DNA of 10,082 nucleotides from a virus (Duplodnaviria; Heunggongvirae; Uroviricota; Caudoviricetes): IMG/VR virus record IMGVR_UViG_2534681736_000023; one strand, 5' to 3'. Shown piece by piece: positions 6,997 to 10,082 of this stretch (position 1 is its first letter; each line of letters starts with the position of its first letter). The notes under the pieces were generated by a model. It saw only the letters and a program-made list of their open reading frames with translations, ran no database searches and was not told where the DNA came from. The position numbers and the translations under genes were made by a program.

Positions 6997-9900
6997 TCAG
7001 CTGATACTGATACCTGATGCCCCCTTTTTCATCACAAGAACCTGTACATCACTGGCGAACGTATCCGGCGGAATATTTCCCGAATGCCGTGTGGACGTGA
7101 CCGTGAATGTCAGGGTTACGTGTCCACCTCCCGCACGCATATCCACAATTCGGGCGAAAACCTGAGGTGCATCATTCGCCACGCCGTCATAAATCACTGC
7201 ACCGTTCATCAGCACCTTCAGATAACACATCGAATATGTTGTTCTGCCGCTGTCGGTACGCCTGCTTCCGCGAAATGTCAGCGGAAGTACCACTATCTGG
7301 CGGTCAAACGGGTGATCATCATACACAGTGAACGTGCGCGTTCCGGAAGGCCAGTTCACACTGCCCTCATTCTGACGCGGGAAAGCGCCACTCCCGCCCT
7401 TGATAAGATCCCCGATGATGTTTCCCGCTTTCAGTGTGCCATTTATCGTGCAGTTCTCCGCTATCACGACATTATTCAGCGTGCCCGAGTTCGCACTGAT
7501 ATGTCCGCTGATATCCGCATTGCGGGCTGTCAGCCTGCCCTCCGGCGTCAGGGAGAACGTCGGGGGATTGCCGGATGACGTGATACTCACCGCAAACAGT
7601 CGCTTCAGGAACACGTCGTTCATGAACAGCTGGTTCCCCTGCGCCACAAACAGCGGCGTGGTGTTGCCGTTCTCCGGGGTAATCATCGCGATACGGTCCG
7701 CCTGCAGCAGAATATTGCTCAGCGTCTGGCCATCAGCATCCTCAATCCCCGCACCAATACCGGCAACATACGGAATGCCGTTTTTCGTTTTCTGCACCTT
7801 CAGCATGTACAGCGCTGCCAGCTCATCATTCGTGTCTGACTGGACCTGCTGTATCTGCTGTATGGTCGCGCTCTGGTCTTCCAGCTTTTTATCCGTGGTC
7901 GAGGTGATTTCACTCCCTTTGTCATCCACGTACTGGCGGACCTGCGCTATCTGCCTGGCGTTTTCCTCCGTGCTCTGGCTGACTGTCTGTGTGATTTCAC
8001 TGCTCACCCGGTCCACCTGCTGACTCACCTGCGCGATGGCCAGCGTCTGGTCCTCATTCTTTTTCGCAACCAGCTGCGTGAGGCTGTTTTCCGCCTCCCC
8101 GATTTTTCGGGTCACTTCCGCAACATCCGTCTCCAGTCGCTGGCGGATGTCTTCTTCCAGTTGCGTGACCTCAGTACGCAGGGCTGACGCATCAATACGC
8201 TCTTTCAGTGCCTTCCCCAGCAGCGCCTCATCTATCAGCCCACGGAAAATTTCCAGATACCCTTCACCATCATTGCTGGCCTGCCCGCTGGCCTCCACAA
8301 ACGCAGATTTCCCCACCAGGTTGACGCTGCGCACATAAAACCAGAAATCCTTCCCGGGCTTAATGTGCGGGCCGGAGACGCTCCACTGGCTGCCGGTACC
8401 CAGATAACGGGCTGAGGTTTCCACCTGTGCCGTGTCCGTGATGCTTTTTTCTGAGAACCAGAATTCATACTGTACCGTCGGGTCATACACCGCAGGATGC
8501 GGGACCACCGTTATCTGAAAATAGCCCGGCGTCAGTTCAATGCTGGCCGGTGCCGCCGGTGCATTAATCCGGAATGTGGTGGTGGCAGGTTCGCCCTGCT
8601 GGCCGTAGCTGTTTATCGCCCTGACCGTCAGGGTGTATTCCCCGAGCGGCAGGCCACTGAAACGGTGCTCCGTGTCCGCCGTGATGGCGCTGGTCACCAG
8701 GCGGCTGTTTTCACCGTTTCCGCTGGTCAGGCGCAGACTGAAGCGCACCCCCTTCACCACCCGCGGCGTGTCCCATTTCGCCAGCGCCAGATACTGGCCG
8801 TCTGAGGCACTCACCTCCACCGTGAGGTGCTGCACTGCCGGCGGGATGACGCTGTTCAGTGAGCCGGACATCGGCTCAAAGCGGGCCCCGTTATCCACAA
8901 TGGCTTCTTTTTCCGGCACATGCTGCACCGCCGTGATGGCAAAGGTGCCGTCCGTGTTTTCCCGGATGGAAACACAGCGGAACAGGCGACGACGCAGTGA
9001 CGGCAGGGAGAGTCCCCACACACCGTATGTCTCCACGCCATCAGGCAGGACGCTGACCTGTATCCGGTCCGGGGCGGGGTGTGCAGTGATGTCCACGCGC
9101 ACCGGCTTACCGCTGCCGTTAATCAGGTTCACCGTCGATGCCCCTGCTTCCGGCAGTGTCACCTCTCGGTCCAGCGTCAGTGTGCGGCTGGCGGCATCGA
9201 TGGACAGGATGCGTCCGCCGGTCAGGGTCCCGGCATAGTCGTTATCACAGATTTCAATGATGTCACCGGGCGTGTGCCGCAGCCCCTGTGACCCGAGCGT
9301 GAAATCCACCGTCTGCGTTTCCAGCAGTTCGGTCTTTATCACCCACAGTCCGGCACGGTGGGCCTGACCGCGGCTGGTACAGCCGAACGCATCCATCTTC
9401 AGCAGGTTGCGCCCGTAGCGCAGGATGGCGTCCGGGTCTTCCACCAGTTCAGTGGAGGTCTGCCAGCCGTTCTGCGGGTCAGTGTAATTCACCTCCACCG
9501 CCGTGTGCCGGTCCTTCAGGGCACTGAAGCTGTAGCGGAACCCCACGCCGTTATCATCCACCACCACATCGCTGTTGGTGTACGGCCACACCACATCCGA
9601 CGGACGGTCCTGAACGAACGTCAGCGTCTGGCCGTTCCATACCGGCATACAGCGCATCGCCGAGCAAAAATCCCCCAGGATATCCCACACCTTACGCTGC
9701 TGTGACAGGTACGCATTGAAAGTCATCCGCGGCTCTGTGCCCCCGAAACCATCCGGGACCGTCTGGTCGCAGTACTGCCCGATGGCATACAGCGCCCACT
9801 TGTCCACATCCGCCGCCCCCAGGCGTTTTCCCATGCCGTAGCGCGGGTGGGTCAGCATGTCCCACAGGCACCAGGCCGGGTTATTGCTGTATGCCGGTTT

Positions 9901-10082
9901 CAGACTCCCGTCCCAGATACCGCTGTAGGTGCGTTTTTCCGGGTCATAGTTTGACGGCACCTGAATGATGCGGCCGCGGATATGGTAGTTCACCACCATC
10001 TGCTGGCCACCGAACTGCTCCGCATCCACCTGCAGCCCCACAATGGCCGTGTTCGGGTAGCACTGTTTCACATCGATGATTT
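6997..10082 (-). CDS. J: Host specificity / central tail fiber protein J, C-terminal ~1028 codons (5' end outside window)
   Basis: Track ORF 6997..10071 (-) is open to the window edge. It contains fibronectin-III-like segments, a long heptad/coiled-coil stretch ([37 protein letters not shown]...) and a C-terminal receptor-binding region, typical of lambda J-family proteins. Gene order J-lom-stf matches lambda. Confidence 0.9.
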   Translation of the reverse strand, partial: IIDVKQCYPNTAIVGLQVDAEQFGGQQMVVNYHIRGRIIQVPSNYDPEKRTYSGIWDGSLKPAYSNNPAWCLWDMLTHPRYGMGKRLGAADVDKWALYAIGQYCDQTVPDGFGGTEPRMTFNAYLSQQRKVWDILGDFCSAMRCMPVWNGQTLTFVQDRPSDVVWPYTNSDVVVDDNGVGFRYSFSALKDRHTAVEVNYTDPQNGWQTSTELVEDPDAILRYGRNLLKMDAFGCTSRGQAHRAGLWVIKTELLETQTVDFTLGSQGLRHTPGDIIEICDNDYAGTLTGGRILSIDAASRTLTLDREVTLPEAGASTVNLINGSGKPVRVDITAHPAPDRIQVSVLPDGVETYGVWGLSLPSLRRRLFRCVSIRENTDGTFAITAVQHVPEKEAIVDNGARFEPMSGSLNSVIPPAVQHLTVEVSASDGQYLALAKWDTPRVVKGVRFSLRLTSGNGENSRLVTSAITADTEHRFSGLPLGEYTLTVRAINSYGQQGEPATTTFRINAPAAPASIELTPGYFQITVVPHPAVYDPTVQYEFWFSEKSITDTAQVETSARYLGTGSQWSVSGPHIKPGKDFWFYVRSVNLVGKSAFVEASGQASNDGEGYLEIFRGLIDEALLGKALKERIDASALRTEVTQLEEDIRQRLETDVAEVTRKIGEAENSLTQLVAKKNEDQTLAIAQVSQQVDRVSSEITQTVSQSTEENARQIAQVRQYVDDKGSEITSTTDKKLEDQSATIQQIQQVQSDTNDELAALYMLKVQKTKNGIPYVAGIGAGIEDADGQTLSNILLQADRIAMITPENGNTTPLFVAQGNQLFMNDVFLKRLFAVSITSSGNPPTFSLTPEGRLTARNADISGHISANSGTLNNVVIAENCTINGTLKAGNIIGDLIKGGSGAFPRQNEGSVNWPSGTRTFTVYDDHPFDRQIVVLPLTFRGSRRTDSGRTTYSMCYLKVLMNGAVIYDGVANDAPQVFARIVDMRAGGGHVTLTFTVTSTRHSGNIPPDTFASDVQVLVMKKGASGISIS

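Larger units (their letters stand above)
3239..10082 (-). mobile_element. Integrated lambdoid prophage, tail-gene/att-proximal end (partial; continues beyond the window)
   Basis: The block J - lom - stf - dinI-like abuts the truncated host gene mlrA, with lambda-like gene order and lambda-like N-termini of Stf and Lom. The boundary is placed where mlrA coding identity ends, at about 3237-3239 (uncertain by a few bp; the att core probably spans the junction). Confidence 0.85.

Noticed and set aside
7084-9705. Plus-strand ORFs antisense to J (7084..7578, 7107..7331, 7400..8023, 8036..8338, 8497..8805, 8633..9238, 9079..9291, 9358..9705) and minus-strand alternative-frame ORFs within J (8235..8486, 8856..9041)
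   Set aside because: All lie wholly inside the long, well-supported J reading frame. Their products are Ser/Arg/Cys-rich and low-complexity with no ribosome-binding sites; they are typical shadow ORFs.
1-10082. CRISPR arrays, integrase, stx, toxin-antitoxin or dedicated anti-phage defence genes
   Set aside because: I looked for regularly spaced short repeats and for ORFs with nuclease, ATPase or integrase-like motifs. None is present; the only repeats are the intragenic stf repeats and the short motifs near the att junction.

Overview
This window is a host–prophage junction from an Escherichia coli-type chromosome. Positions 1–3238 are core chromosome: yehS, btsR (yehT) and btsS (yehU) on the minus strand, then the promoter and first 22 codons of mlrA (yehV) on the plus strand. 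mlrA is cut inside its MerR-type helix-turn-helix at about 3237–3239. Everything after that is the tail-gene end of an integrated lambdoid prophage: an SOS-box-controlled dinI-like gene (+), then on the minus strand a collagen-repeat side tail fiber (stf), a lom gene bracketed by intrinsic terminators, and the 3' ~3.1 kb of host-specificity gene J, which runs off the window. No integrase, tfa, stx, CRISPR array or recognisable defence system lies in the window. The least-explained DNA is the 375-bp non-coding gap 3713–4086, which carries an orphan intrinsic terminator, a CA-rich tract and twin TTCCGGAA palindromes (candidate small RNA). All calls rest on reading the sequence and the supplied ORF track plus recalled family knowledge; no database search was run.
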